DNA from: Escherichia phage iGC_PHA_EC001
Direction: 5' to 3' (one strand)
Sequence record: OR437326.1
DNA: 64,000 nt
In this document: piece after piece, positions 25,601 through 35,660 of the stretch
How positions within the stretch are numbered: position 1 is the first letter of the stretch
Layout: the number at the start of each line of letters is the position of its first letter
Made by a program: the position numbers and the translations under genes
Notes under the pieces: model-generated
Told to the model about the DNA's origin: nothing
The model's database searches: none
The model's input: only the letters and a program-made list of their open reading frames with translations

Positions 25601-28476
25601 TGTCAAGAGTTAAGCACAATATTGACAACACGTTTCAGTTGATTGAAGGGTTGGTTCAGTTTTTGGAAAGAAATACTGGGCTTACCATAGATCCTACGGT
25701 TCAGCATTACATTATCAACCCACAAAACGTATTGGCGAACAACAGACACTTTATTAACTGGACAGCGCAGGAAGGGCAACCAAACGGTGACGCTACTACC
25801 GAAGGTCAATCTGTGCTTATCACTGGTTTTGCTTATGCATATTTGGCTACAGGGGATAAAAAATATCTTGAATCTGCCGAGAAGTATTGGCAAGCCTATA
25901 TAGATCACTTCTTCGGGGGCCAACCTATTCCTGATCCTCCAGCTAAATATCGTCCCAACTGGATCATCAATGGTAAAGAACCACGTTTAGCACATTACCC
26001 TCTCACAGATGATGGGTATCCTACGCACGGCGGGTTCAAAGGTAGCATGATGACTTGGATTAACGGAAGGACTGTTATTCCTAAAGGTGCGCCACATTGG
26101 GGAGAATACTTAGATAAAGCTTGGTTTGCTTTCAATGGTAATCTTGGTTGGAACTCTGTTAACGCAACAGTGTATGCAACTAACCCAGATGGTTCAACCA
26201 ACTGGAAAGAATATGGAGATCAGTGGGACGTTGAATGGATTATAGATCGTCTAGGACGTAAAGTTGATTGGGATGGTAATATTTTATCCACTGGGCATAG
26301 CTTTGCAGAATATGGAACAGTGCAACTTAAAAACGCTTCTGTGAACGGTGACTATAAATTCAACTACGCTACATGCAACCCTGTAGAACACGGTGGATAT
26401 CTGCTTAAGCGTAATGAGATGTGGCATAACCGTCCTGTAAACGTTCCGGTAGAGTTAGGTTATCAAGACAATGCTTCCGATGCTGAAACGTGGTGGTGTG
26501 ATGCAAACTACTTGATGTATCAGATCACAGGAGAGAGAAAATACTGGCTTTGCTGGCAATCTTCTTTATTGTTGTGTCAAGACTACTCAAACATCGATAT
26601 GTTTGATAAATTCTTCCGTAGATCTACGACAGCAATAATTCCTTTTACAGATGGTATCTCGTATGATTACTCATACCCATCTACAGCAATACCTAAATAT
26701 TCTCGTGACGAATTAGGATACACAGTAATTCGCCAAGATGTTTCAGCACAAACAACTCTAGAACAACAGGCAGTTTGGTTCAGAGTAGATCAGAATTCAA
26801 AACTGCGTATTGAGTTTCAAGGTGTAGATGATGCAGGGGAAGGTGTTCTTTTCCGTCCAGAGCTAGAATTAAGCAAAACTAAGAGTGAAACAGACACAGT
26901 GACATATCGTTGTGGCTTACCTCTTGGTGCAGCTAATATGACTAAGATGGATATACCTTTATCTAGTTTTATGCGCACCGAACCTCCTGGAGGTGGTGTA
27001 TATATTATTGCTGAACCCAGAATTATTGTTGACTGGGGAAGCAATACTGTGATACAATATAAATATGCAACTGGTATTGCTGGGACAAATAGTGATCAGA
27101 TAGTTTCTGCTAATATGGATTCAGATGGTGGTTTTACTGTTGGGTTTTGGTTAACACCAACTAAAACAGCCAATTTAAAATCTATTACGTATCGTTCATA
27201 CGCAGATGATTTTAACATCACTATTACGGATTCCGCAGGTTGGAGATGGTGGGCCATGTTAGAAAAAACAAATTCTGCATGGGTTACTAAAGCTTTAAGT
27301 CCTGCCGATTTCAAATTAAGTACTTGGCAACCTAATCACGAAGACACAGAGGCAAAACCTTCGTCAATAAACCTGACTGCTGTTGATCAGATCAATATTG
27401 CATTGGATTCTGAACCTGCAAATGGCTTGACAGGGGCAATCGACTTTTATTGCGTTAACGATATCCCATCTTTGTATTCTTCAGCCGCTGGCGATGATTA
27501 CACAATGTATTTCAGGGTTACAGTTTCATCTGAAAATCCTTATACAGCAAAACTTGGAGATTGTACAATACTGGACTACAAACTTGACAGTTTGAATTAT
27601 ACTCCAGGAATCATTCCATTTTCCAATATTAGTGATCCTAACACAGCATTATATGACGGTTGGCGTGGTATTCCTTACCCAGGTTATCAATACCCATCCT
27701 TATATTGTTTTAAAGGGAGAGATATTGACTGGGTTCGTATGAACAACAGTATAGACTTTTTATATGATTCACAAATGTGGTTTTATAATAAGTTTGCCCC
27801 TGTAATGCCTGGGCCAATGGCACAAGCTTATGTTTGGGATCGTTGGGATGCTCATAAATATGGAAACAAAAATGAGTTCACAATGTATCATTGGAACGAT
27901 AAAGCTTGGGATGGTTATGAAGCACGAGCATTCTTCTGTGCGTGTCATACGGTATACGAACTAAAGCGACGAGGAGCCGAAGTTCCTGAAAAACTTTTAA
28001 CAGTTTGTAAAAACTGGATCAACTACCTGAAGTGGTTCCAAGATAACAACGAAGGAAGAACACCAACAATATTTTATCCCAACGGAGAAGTGGCTGCGCC
28101 TGTAGATGACTTTACAAGTCACATGTCTGCGCTCTTTATGGCGGGATGTGCTATAATGGGGATGGCTGGATATGATTCAGAAATTCCTAACATTAAAATA
28201 GTAGCAGACCGCTGTTTTGAACTTATTCAGGAAAACTATATTGTTCTTGGTCCTAATCACGTTATGAATGGTTGTTGGAGTGCTGCTCCTAGACCAGACA
28301 GTGATAACGGAGTCTTCTTTGGCTTCCACGCTGGAGAGTTGTTACGTGGTTTTGGGTTGTATGCTTTATACAAAAAACTTAATCCCCAAAATGCATTACC
28401 TGTTTTGGATTCGAGCAATATTCCTGCACTTACTGTTTTGACAATGGCAAACATTAGTGTGGACGTTACCGAGTAA
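25600..28476 (+). CDS. large Trp/Tyr-rich tail-associated protein (958 aa), possibly carbohydrate-active
   Basis: Composition and size only; lies between baseplate W-like and J-like genes; no motif assigned. Confidence 0.35.
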   Translation: MSRVKHNIDNTFQLIEGLVQFLERNTGLTIDPTVQHYIINPQNVLANNRHFINWTAQEGQPNGDATTEGQSVLITGFAYAYLATGDKKYLESAEKYWQAYIDHFFGGQPIPDPPAKYRPNWIINGKEPRLAHYPLTDDGYPTHGGFKGSMMTWINGRTVIPKGAPHWGEYLDKAWFAFNGNLGWNSVNATVYATNPDGSTNWKEYGDQWDVEWIIDRLGRKVDWDGNILSTGHSFAEYGTVQLKNASVNGDYKFNYATCNPVEHGGYLLKRNEMWHNRPVNVPVELGYQDNASDAETWWCDANYLMYQITGERKYWLCWQSSLLLCQDYSNIDMFDKFFRRSTTAIIPFTDGISYDYSYPSTAIPKYSRDELGYTVIRQDVSAQTTLEQQAVWFRVDQNSKLRIEFQGVDDAGEGVLFRPELELSKTKSETDTVTYRCGLPLGAANMTKMDIPLSSFMRTEPPGGGVYIIAEPRIIVDWGSNTVIQYKYATGIAGTNSDQIVSANMDSDGGFTVGFWLTPTKTANLKSITYRSYADDFNITITDSAGWRWWAMLEKTNSAWVTKALSPADFKLSTWQPNHEDTEAKPSSINLTAVDQINIALDSEPANGLTGAIDFYCVNDIPSLYSSAAGDDYTMYFRVTVSSENPYTAKLGDCTILDYKLDSLNYTPGIIPFSNISDPNTALYDGWRGIPYPGYQYPSLYCFKGRDIDWVRMNNSIDFLYDSQMWFYNKFAPVMPGPMAQAYVWDRWDAHKYGNKNEFTMYHWNDKAWDGYEARAFFCACHTVYELKRRGAEVPEKLLTVCKNWINYLKWFQDNNEGRTPTIFYPNGEVAAPVDDFTSHMSALFMAGCAIMGMAGYDSEIPNIKIVADRCFELIQENYIVLGPNHVMNGCWSAAPRPDSDNGVFFGFHAGELLRGFGLYALYKKLNPQNALPVLDSSNIPALTVLTMANISVDVTE

Positions 28477-28484
28477 GGGGTAAA

Positions 28485-30638
28485 ATGAAACAAGCTATAT
28501 TTACTGTCACGCGAGACAAGAGAGTAAATGCGAGTTCATTTAACTACACGACTGTTGACGGAACAGCAGTCGCTGGTAGAGATTATATTGCAAAATCGGG
28601 AACACTTGTGTTCCCTGATGATGCTGATTCTGCTACTATTGTGGTTGAAGTATTTGAACGACCAAAGAACTCAATAGATCTTAACTTCTCCCTCCAAGTT
28701 TCAGGGATTAGTCAAAATAACATGATGGTTGAAACAACCATCAATTGTATTATAACTACTATCCAAGAAAATACTACTCCAATAACTTGGACTACAAAAG
28801 ACGTTAAAATGTTCTCTCCTATGTATTGGACAATAGATTCTCAAGCAACGGAAAGTTGTTCTATTGTATCTCATGGAGGCTCTTTTACTGCAAGATTTGT
28901 AAACAGAACAACAGCAGGTTTGGCAGGGGTTATCTGGAGCACAGTTGACAAATATGACCATAAAGGTGTTGGGTATTTACCCCACACAGATTTAAGTTCA
29001 GAGAAACTTTGGTTTAAAATGGAAATTAGTCAAAACATGCCAGGTTTTAAAGAAGAACCTTTGGTGCCGACTTTGACTGTAACTCTCCTGGATAAAAGTG
29101 TTCATTATGTCAGTTTAGGATTCTATGCTTCAGATATTTCAGAAGATGGTAAAACAGCCACAATCAAGCTAGATTTTGGTAATATCTTTTCTGGCCCTAA
29201 TAATGATATTCCTTTGGATATGAGTGCCGTAGACAATATTTTCTTCTCTTTGATTACAGCAAGGTATGAAGAAATAGAGGAGATTGTACCTATTGATAGT
29301 CAAGAGGCTTGGTTTACTTTCACTCTTCTTGAACCTACTTCTGGTTACAGTATGATGAAAGTCAGCAACCTTGTCCAGCCTGAACATGATATTCGCATGT
29401 GCACATCTTATGATGATATGTATAACCTGACTCCAGAGAGAGTTATTTATAATACATATGCACTAGGTTATCGTGGGATGATTAACCATTATAACGGAAT
29501 GTCTCACTATTATGAGTTCTCATGGAATGGAACATCTTGGGCTTTAAATAAATCTGTTTTCCTGAATCCGGCTACAGAAGCTTGGCTTAACAGCTTCCAT
29601 TCTATAGCAAACGAGAAGGGCTACACAATAATGAACTCTTTAAGTTTTGAATTGATGAGCACAGTTTGTCCTGTAGAATGGGTCCAGCATGATTGGAACG
29701 ATGCTCTTGCAGCAACAGGGTATAAACCTCCTAGTTATGTGTTGTCTCCAACTATTGACGAAGGTATGGAATATTTGCAAAATGTTATTAATAAAATAGC
29801 ATCTATTTCGCAAGCTAATAATATTCCAGTTGTCATTCAAATTGGTGAGCCTTGGTGGTGGTATAATACAGCAAGTAAAATGCCTTGCATATATGATTAC
29901 ACTACCAAACTGGCATTCAACACAGAAACAGGTTTATTTGCACAAGATGCAGGAACAATAGATAATTATAAAACAGGAACGCCGTTTGACGAATACTATG
30001 CATTTTTGTCTCGTAAACTAGGATTAAGAGTTACAAAGTTTGCAACAGACACTAGAGCAACCTATCCAGGAGCTAAAGTAACATTGCTTCCGTTCTTACC
30101 GTCAATTATTGGCAACGGTTTGATGGAGAAAGTTAACTTTCCGTCTGATTACTACATTCCTGAAACTTTTGATTTTTACTGTTCAGAGTGTTACGACTGG
30201 CTTCTGGAAGGTAAAATGATGAAAGCATTCGATGCAATTACCATACCACATGAAAAATTAGGTTTTGAATATTCTGATATTCACTATCTTTCGGGTTTTG
30301 TTCCAGATGCTACTCTTGCACCTTTGTATGGCTTCGATCCTGAATCAAACTACCGCACGTATCTTTGGAAAATGATTATAGGTAATATAGTGTTGAACGC
30401 CAATAAGTTCAATGGGCTTACACAATATATATGGGCCTATCCTCAAATAATGCATGATTCCATCACGGTAGTTAATTCTCAATCCCAAGTTTTCTATATG
30501 GGTAATGTGCCTTTGAATTGTTATTTGCAAGATATCACTCTTAAACAAGCAAATGTTGAGATTGCTACCATAAGTGGAATTACATTAGCTACTAAATCTG
30601 GAGAAGATTTAGTAACAACACAAAAATTTTATATATAG
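28485..30638 (+). CDS. large tail-associated protein (717 aa), function unknown
   Basis: ORF track; strong RBS; same inserted block. Confidence 0.35.
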   Translation: MKQAIFTVTRDKRVNASSFNYTTVDGTAVAGRDYIAKSGTLVFPDDADSATIVVEVFERPKNSIDLNFSLQVSGISQNNMMVETTINCIITTIQENTTPITWTTKDVKMFSPMYWTIDSQATESCSIVSHGGSFTARFVNRTTAGLAGVIWSTVDKYDHKGVGYLPHTDLSSEKLWFKMEISQNMPGFKEEPLVPTLTVTLLDKSVHYVSLGFYASDISEDGKTATIKLDFGNIFSGPNNDIPLDMSAVDNIFFSLITARYEEIEEIVPIDSQEAWFTFTLLEPTSGYSMMKVSNLVQPEHDIRMCTSYDDMYNLTPERVIYNTYALGYRGMINHYNGMSHYYEFSWNGTSWALNKSVFLNPATEAWLNSFHSIANEKGYTIMNSLSFELMSTVCPVEWVQHDWNDALAATGYKPPSYVLSPTIDEGMEYLQNVINKIASISQANNIPVVIQIGEPWWWYNTASKMPCIYDYTTKLAFNTETGLFAQDAGTIDNYKTGTPFDEYYAFLSRKLGLRVTKFATDTRATYPGAKVTLLPFLPSIIGNGLMEKVNFPSDYYIPETFDFYCSECYDWLLEGKMMKAFDAITIPHEKLGFEYSDIHYLSGFVPDATLAPLYGFDPESNYRTYLWKMIIGNIVLNANKFNGLTQYIWAYPQIMHDSITVVNSQSQVFYMGNVPLNCYLQDITLKQANVEIATISGITLATKSGEDLVTTQKFYI

Positions 30639-30646
30639 GAGTAAAA

Positions 30647-32878
30647 ATGTCAACTACAATTACTAATTTACCCGAAACATCAAAAGTTAATGATTCTGAT
30701 TACCTGGTTTTAGACCAACCTGATAAGACTGTTAAAAGCACAGTTTCCAACTTTCTTACTGACACTGGGGTGGTTTTAGCCACCCAGTTGAAAGATACAG
30801 ATGGAGCAGATTTAATACAATCCTCAAATGGTAATACTGTTCAGGAAGAGTTGAATAACAATCTTCTTAATGATCGTGAACAGTGGCGTCGTAGTCTTGC
30901 CGAGGCTGGGTTAACTCTTGTTGATGGTAGTTTTGAAGAAGGGGCTACAGTGGGCAGTGTAACTGATGCTGTCTGGTACATAGCGGGTGCTCAGTGCTAC
31001 ACATGGGGGTCTGGTTTCCCTAAAGATGTACCACCTAAATCAACCCCGACATCAACCGGTGGAGTAGGTGTAGGGGCGTGGATATCAGTTGGGGATGCAT
31101 CGCTGCGCAGCCAGCTACACAGCCCATCGCTACCAGGAACATCGCTAATCAAACACTCTGACGGCAAGACTGTTCAGCAGGAACTCAACAGCATTCTTTC
31201 CGTCCATTCGCGCGTTTTCAGCGTTGATGACCCGCAGTTTGCTGGCGGTGCAAAAGGTGACAGCAACGGCACGGCAGGTAATGGTACAGACGATACGGCA
31301 GCTATTTATGCTTGCTTCCAGGCTGCAATTGCTGCTGGTGGTGGGAAGATTGTCTTCTCCCCTGGTAAGATATATCGGACGACATACACCGTCTTATACG
31401 GCAGCAACATGGTTATCGATATGCAGGGAGCGTCAATTTTCTTTGATGTCAAGCCGAATGACGGCTCTGTGTTCATGCCAGACTCCTTCCAGTCTTACAC
31501 CAAATTCACGACCGATGTGATTTTTATGAACGGCCAGATTAACGGCAGAACCGGTGCCGGTAACGGTATCGGTGCTAACCGTGCTCGCCGCCTCACATTG
31601 TTTAACATTGGTAGTAAATATCTACATTGGCACCTGTTTGACGGTGCTGGCGCACAGCAGGTTAAAATCATTAATTGCTGGTGTGAGGGGACTAACTCTA
31701 CTCCTTTCCAGGTTGATAACGCCACTTATGATAAGGCATCGTGGGGTATAGACGCATCGGGAAATGTACTTCCCATATCATTCGACGCAACAGGGGTCGG
31801 AGGATGGTCTAACTGTCGTGACGTGCTGATTATGGGATGCACTGTAAGGAATGCCCTTTATTCATGTGTGCATATTCATAATACCAATAACCAAAATATT
31901 CAGGTTATTAACTGTCATTTTGAAAATTCTAAGGCAGGTGTCTTTGCAGATAACAACGCAACATTTATAACCACTAATACATTAATTCAGGGGTGTACCT
32001 TCATAAGATGTACTAATCCTATCAGTTGGAGTGGTGGTTTTAATGTACTGCGTATTCTGGATAACAACTTCTACGGGGAAAACAATACTACCTGGTATTA
32101 CGGTATTCGCATCCTCTTAGCTGCTGCCGGTACTTTGAAAACACTAGCAATTAAAGGTAATACCTTCACTGGATTGTACCGACCTATCATCGTTAATGGT
32201 GTACTTGGGTTTGCGGTTGACGATAACGTATTTCAAACATGTGGCGGGACAACACCACCTTCGTCAGGCGGTGTCATTACCGCTGAAAACCCGTTGTCCA
32301 TAGTTCGTCTGTCCGGGTGCAAAAGTGGCACAGCAGCAAATAACGTGTTCCAGGATTGCAATGACCCAGTATGTATATCTGTGGCAAGGGACCAAGTAGA
32401 TTCGTCATACTCTTCGTCTGTAGAAGTTAATGGGAACATCTCCCGTGCTTCTGGATGCTTGTTGTCGCTACACTATGCGGACCGTTGCACGGCAAGAGAC
32501 AACAAATACATTGGCTTGGCAACAGACTTCTACGGCATCTACGTTGGTGAGACATCCTTAGCTTGTGTTATTGATGGGTTCTATTGCTCGCAGGGTAGCG
32601 GTCAGGCTGTGCATGTCAATGGTGGCCCCCGTCACGTAGTCCGAGATGTTGTGGCTTTCGGGACTGACACCACAAAGGCAGCAATTGTCTTCCACAACAC
32701 CAACACTGCAAGGTCTATGGACAATGTGGTAATGGGGGGTTACTTGTCTTCTGGATACATCTTGTTATCCGGTACTACCGTGAACTACGTTGGTGATGAA
32801 CCAAACATGACTATTGCCAAGCAAGATACGGCAACAGGCGTGAAGGTTGTCTACACGAAAGCGGCAGTGCAAAACTAA
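30647..32878 (+). CDS. tailspike / depolymerase with pectate-lyase-like beta-helix
   Basis: Motif GDSNGTAGNGTDDTAAIYACFQAAIAAGGGKIVFSPGKIY matches the pectate-lyase-3-type start of a right-handed beta-helix; N-terminal region shares a motif with fibre gene 40732. Confidence 0.55.
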   Translation: MSTTITNLPETSKVNDSDYLVLDQPDKTVKSTVSNFLTDTGVVLATQLKDTDGADLIQSSNGNTVQEELNNNLLNDREQWRRSLAEAGLTLVDGSFEEGATVGSVTDAVWYIAGAQCYTWGSGFPKDVPPKSTPTSTGGVGVGAWISVGDASLRSQLHSPSLPGTSLIKHSDGKTVQQELNSILSVHSRVFSVDDPQFAGGAKGDSNGTAGNGTDDTAAIYACFQAAIAAGGGKIVFSPGKIYRTTYTVLYGSNMVIDMQGASIFFDVKPNDGSVFMPDSFQSYTKFTTDVIFMNGQINGRTGAGNGIGANRARRLTLFNIGSKYLHWHLFDGAGAQQVKIINCWCEGTNSTPFQVDNATYDKASWGIDASGNVLPISFDATGVGGWSNCRDVLIMGCTVRNALYSCVHIHNTNNQNIQVINCHFENSKAGVFADNNATFITTNTLIQGCTFIRCTNPISWSGGFNVLRILDNNFYGENNTTWYYGIRILLAAAGTLKTLAIKGNTFTGLYRPIIVNGVLGFAVDDNVFQTCGGTTPPSSGGVITAENPLSIVRLSGCKSGTAANNVFQDCNDPVCISVARDQVDSSYSSSVEVNGNISRASGCLLSLHYADRCTARDNKYIGLATDFYGIYVGETSLACVIDGFYCSQGSGQAVHVNGGPRHVVRDVVAFGTDTTKAAIVFHNTNTARSMDNVVMGGYLSSGYILLSGTTVNYVGDEPNMTIAKQDTATGVKVVYTKAAVQN

Positions 32879-32938
32879 GGAGCACCCAGCCATTTACATT
32901 GATTGATGAAAGCGCCAACTGCTGTCACTATTGATAAG

Positions 32939-32963
32939 CACCCCGCTCCGGCGGGGTGTTTTA
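32939..32963 (+). terminator. intrinsic terminator after tailspike gene
   Basis: CACCCCGC-TCCG-GCGGGGTG followed by TTTTAAAA. Confidence 0.6.
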
Positions 32964-32987
32964 AAACTACAACATGAGGACTAACCC

Positions 32988-33293
32988 ATGAATAAGATGT
33001 TCACACAGCCCACTGGCCCAGTGGCTAAACAGGTTAATAAACAAGCCATTGCCCGTAAGTTTGGTGTTAAGCAGAATGAAGTAGTCTACTTTGCTGTAGG
33101 TGCTGTACTAAGTGGATATAAGATTATCTATGATAAGGAGACGCAAAGGGCGTATTCCCTACCTGCTGATATTGCCCCAGGTACTACTGCCATTAGTCTT
33201 AGTGCTACTGTACTTGTGCATTCAGCGGGTTCTGTAGACCTTGGGGAATTAGCTGTATATCGTGATTTAAAAAGTAATGAGAACGCACTATGA
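32988..33293 (+). CDS. small protein paralogous to an internal module of tailspike 37617..40670
   Basis: About 70 residues align with residues ~228-300 of the 1017-aa protein (IARKFG...SVDLGELAV vs IARKYG...SVDLSALAV). Confidence 0.45.
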   Translation: MNKMFTQPTGPVAKQVNKQAIARKFGVKQNEVVYFAVGAVLSGYKIIYDKETQRAYSLPADIAPGTTAISLSATVLVHSAGSVDLGELAVYRDLKSNENAL

Positions 33294-33532
33294 GAAAATT
33301 TTTAATAGGTATGTTCTGTACATATCCTGATAATAAAGTCAGTTCTACGAAAGTCTGGAACGCTGTAGGCATGTCGGTTATGACAGGCATGTTTATCTTT
33401 TTAGGAATAGAAAAAGAAATTCCTGAATGGATGGGTTGGGCTTTTGTTTTCATGATAACTCCTTCTCGCCTCATGAAAAATCTTATTGATTTACGCTGGG
33501 GCAGATCACAATCTACCAAAGAGGATGACTAA
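33290..33532 (+). CDS. putative holin (class II-like, two transmembrane segments)
   Basis: 80 aa with two hydrophobic stretches and a charged C-terminal tail (KNLIDLRWGRSQSTKEDD). Confidence 0.35.
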   Translation: MRKFLIGMFCTYPDNKVSSTKVWNAVGMSVMTGMFIFLGIEKEIPEWMGWAFVFMITPSRLMKNLIDLRWGRSQSTKEDD

Positions 33533-35019
33533 TGGACGAATATGGTTTGACAGATGCGGGATTTGTAATCCCGACTTTTGACGATGTTTTAAACAACTAC
33601 ATGACAGCAGTAAAAAACACATTTGGTGCAGATGCAGCCACTTCGGAAGATACTGTAATCGGACAACTGTTTAGAATAATTGCATACACAGATTACACAT
33701 TGTGGGAAGGTATGCAAGGTGTTTATAATACTCAAACACTAGATGGTGCAGAAGGTATTTATCTTGACGAAATCTTTTCTAAACGCGGTTTCTATCGAGC
33801 AGGGGCAGCAGCAAGTACAGGTTATGCCTATGTTAAGAGTAATAACAAAGCAGCTTGGACTTATGAGCTAGGCACGGATATTTACTTCAACTCTGATAGT
33901 GATATGAACTACTATGTTAGCACACCGACTATGTTGAATGCTAAGATTGCAGCTTATCAAATCTCTCGTGCTAATGCAACTGCTACAGGTGTTCCAAATA
34001 TTACTTTTTATGCACAAAGTGCGGTAGATGGAGGACTAAACAGTAAAACACTTGCACCTGGTTCTTCTACATTTATAACCGATCTTGAAACTTTTATCAA
34101 GGCAAATTTAACAGAAGCTGATCGTAGTCTTGTATTTTCTGATTCAGGTAACTTATCAATTGGTTTTACTTCTTTAACTAGTGATACTCCAGTGGGACTG
34201 GTAACTCCTATTAAATTTTATGCTAGTGTTCCGGTTGGAACCAAGTGGAGTGAGATTCCGGTAGTTGCAGCAGAGAAAGGATACAACCCTGTTGGCGTGG
34301 AGTCTATTACAGGGATATCTTCTACCTTTACAGGTTATCTTGACAGTGGTAACTTTTATTCATTTTCTCCTGGTCGGGATGTTGAGACAGACGCAGAATT
34401 CCGCTCTCGTTTCAATGACAACGTTGATGAAGCTAACGCAGGGACACGAGCAGCTATTGTGAAAGCTCTGCTACTTACAGATGGTGTTACTAAGGTGAAG
34501 ATTTATGATAACCCTACATTACATGATCAAGAACATGCTCCAGCTATGACTTTCCAGACTATAGTTTATGGTGGCAGTGCAGAAGAAATTGCAAATGTTA
34601 TCTATAAAACCAAACCAATCAACACTTTGACACATGGAACAACCAACATAACTGTTACAACAGAAGACGGAGGACAAGAAATTATTCGCTTCTCCCCTGG
34701 TGCTTCTGCTATGTATTCTGTAAAACTTGTTTATCAAACTGTCAACGGAACAACTTTAAGTGGAACAGAAAAACAAAACATCGTAGAAGCTTTACAAAAC
34801 CTGCAAGCTTACTTTGAATTAGGTTCTTCAGTAACGAACGATCAAATCAAAGGTGTTATTTATGCAGCACTTGCTTTTGGACGCTTGACTTCTCTTCGTG
34901 TTTATGTTAAACTTAATACTGAGGATGACAGTAAATATACAGAGAATAATATAGTTCCTGCTTATAATGTTGTCCCTTCTTTTGACCTTGATAACATTTC
35001 TTACGAGTATGGAGTGTAA
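33532..35019 (+). CDS. putative baseplate J-like protein
   Basis: 495 aa followed by a gpI-sized gene and tail fibre genes (P2-like J-I-H-G order). Confidence 0.4.
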   Translation: MDEYGLTDAGFVIPTFDDVLNNYMTAVKNTFGADAATSEDTVIGQLFRIIAYTDYTLWEGMQGVYNTQTLDGAEGIYLDEIFSKRGFYRAGAAASTGYAYVKSNNKAAWTYELGTDIYFNSDSDMNYYVSTPTMLNAKIAAYQISRANATATGVPNITFYAQSAVDGGLNSKTLAPGSSTFITDLETFIKANLTEADRSLVFSDSGNLSIGFTSLTSDTPVGLVTPIKFYASVPVGTKWSEIPVVAAEKGYNPVGVESITGISSTFTGYLDSGNFYSFSPGRDVETDAEFRSRFNDNVDEANAGTRAAIVKALLLTDGVTKVKIYDNPTLHDQEHAPAMTFQTIVYGGSAEEIANVIYKTKPINTLTHGTTNITVTTEDGGQEIIRFSPGASAMYSVKLVYQTVNGTTLSGTEKQNIVEALQNLQAYFELGSSVTNDQIKGVIYAALAFGRLTSLRVYVKLNTEDDSKYTENNIVPAYNVVPSFDLDNISYEYGV

Positions 35020-35021
35020 AA

Positions 35022-35651
35022 ATGGCAGTGAGTGTTGACCATGTAACAACTTGGGCCAGTATCAATGAAGACGTTAAAAACCTTCTGATTGAAGATTTTA
35101 AATCTTCTCCTAACATTGTCAAGCTCCTCTACATCGTATCCAGTGAAAAGCAAAAGATAGATCAGGCAATGATCTATCTTGCTAAACACCGCTTGATCTC
35201 TACAGCTACAGGCAAATACCTAGATATTCTAGGGGAAGAAATGGGGATCGAACGTAATGGCTCTGATGATGAAGAGTATAGAACAATATTAAAAATCAGG
35301 GCTTACCGCGTAGCCTCATCGGGGACTCGTGGTGACATAATTGATATCTTCGCCCGTTTCACAGGAACAGAACGTGAAACGCTTAATACTTACGTAGGTT
35401 TGAATAAAACCTTTGATGTGTTTTTCTACAACCTGTGTCTTCAATCTGATCAAGCTTTAGAGCAGTTGCTAAGTGTTTTCCCTATTATTAGTAGCTACCG
35501 TCTTGGAGCAAAAGCAGGATCAGCTTTTGGTTTTAGTTCTTATTATGCTACCAAACCGCCTCATGGTATTGGTGGTTTAGGTTCCCTGTACATGGAATCT
35601 ACTGGGGATGAAACAGGACGCATGTGTACGCTTCTCAAGCAAATAGATTAA
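35022..35651 (+). CDS. putative baseplate protein (gpI-like)
   Basis: 209 aa directly after J-like gene. Confidence 0.4.
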   Translation: MAVSVDHVTTWASINEDVKNLLIEDFKSSPNIVKLLYIVSSEKQKIDQAMIYLAKHRLISTATGKYLDILGEEMGIERNGSDDEEYRTILKIRAYRVASSGTRGDIIDIFARFTGTERETLNTYVGLNKTFDVFFYNLCLQSDQALEQLLSVFPIISSYRLGAKAGSAFGFSSYYATKPPHGIGGLGSLYMESTGDETGRMCTLLKQID

Positions 35652-35660
35652 GGAGTTTAA

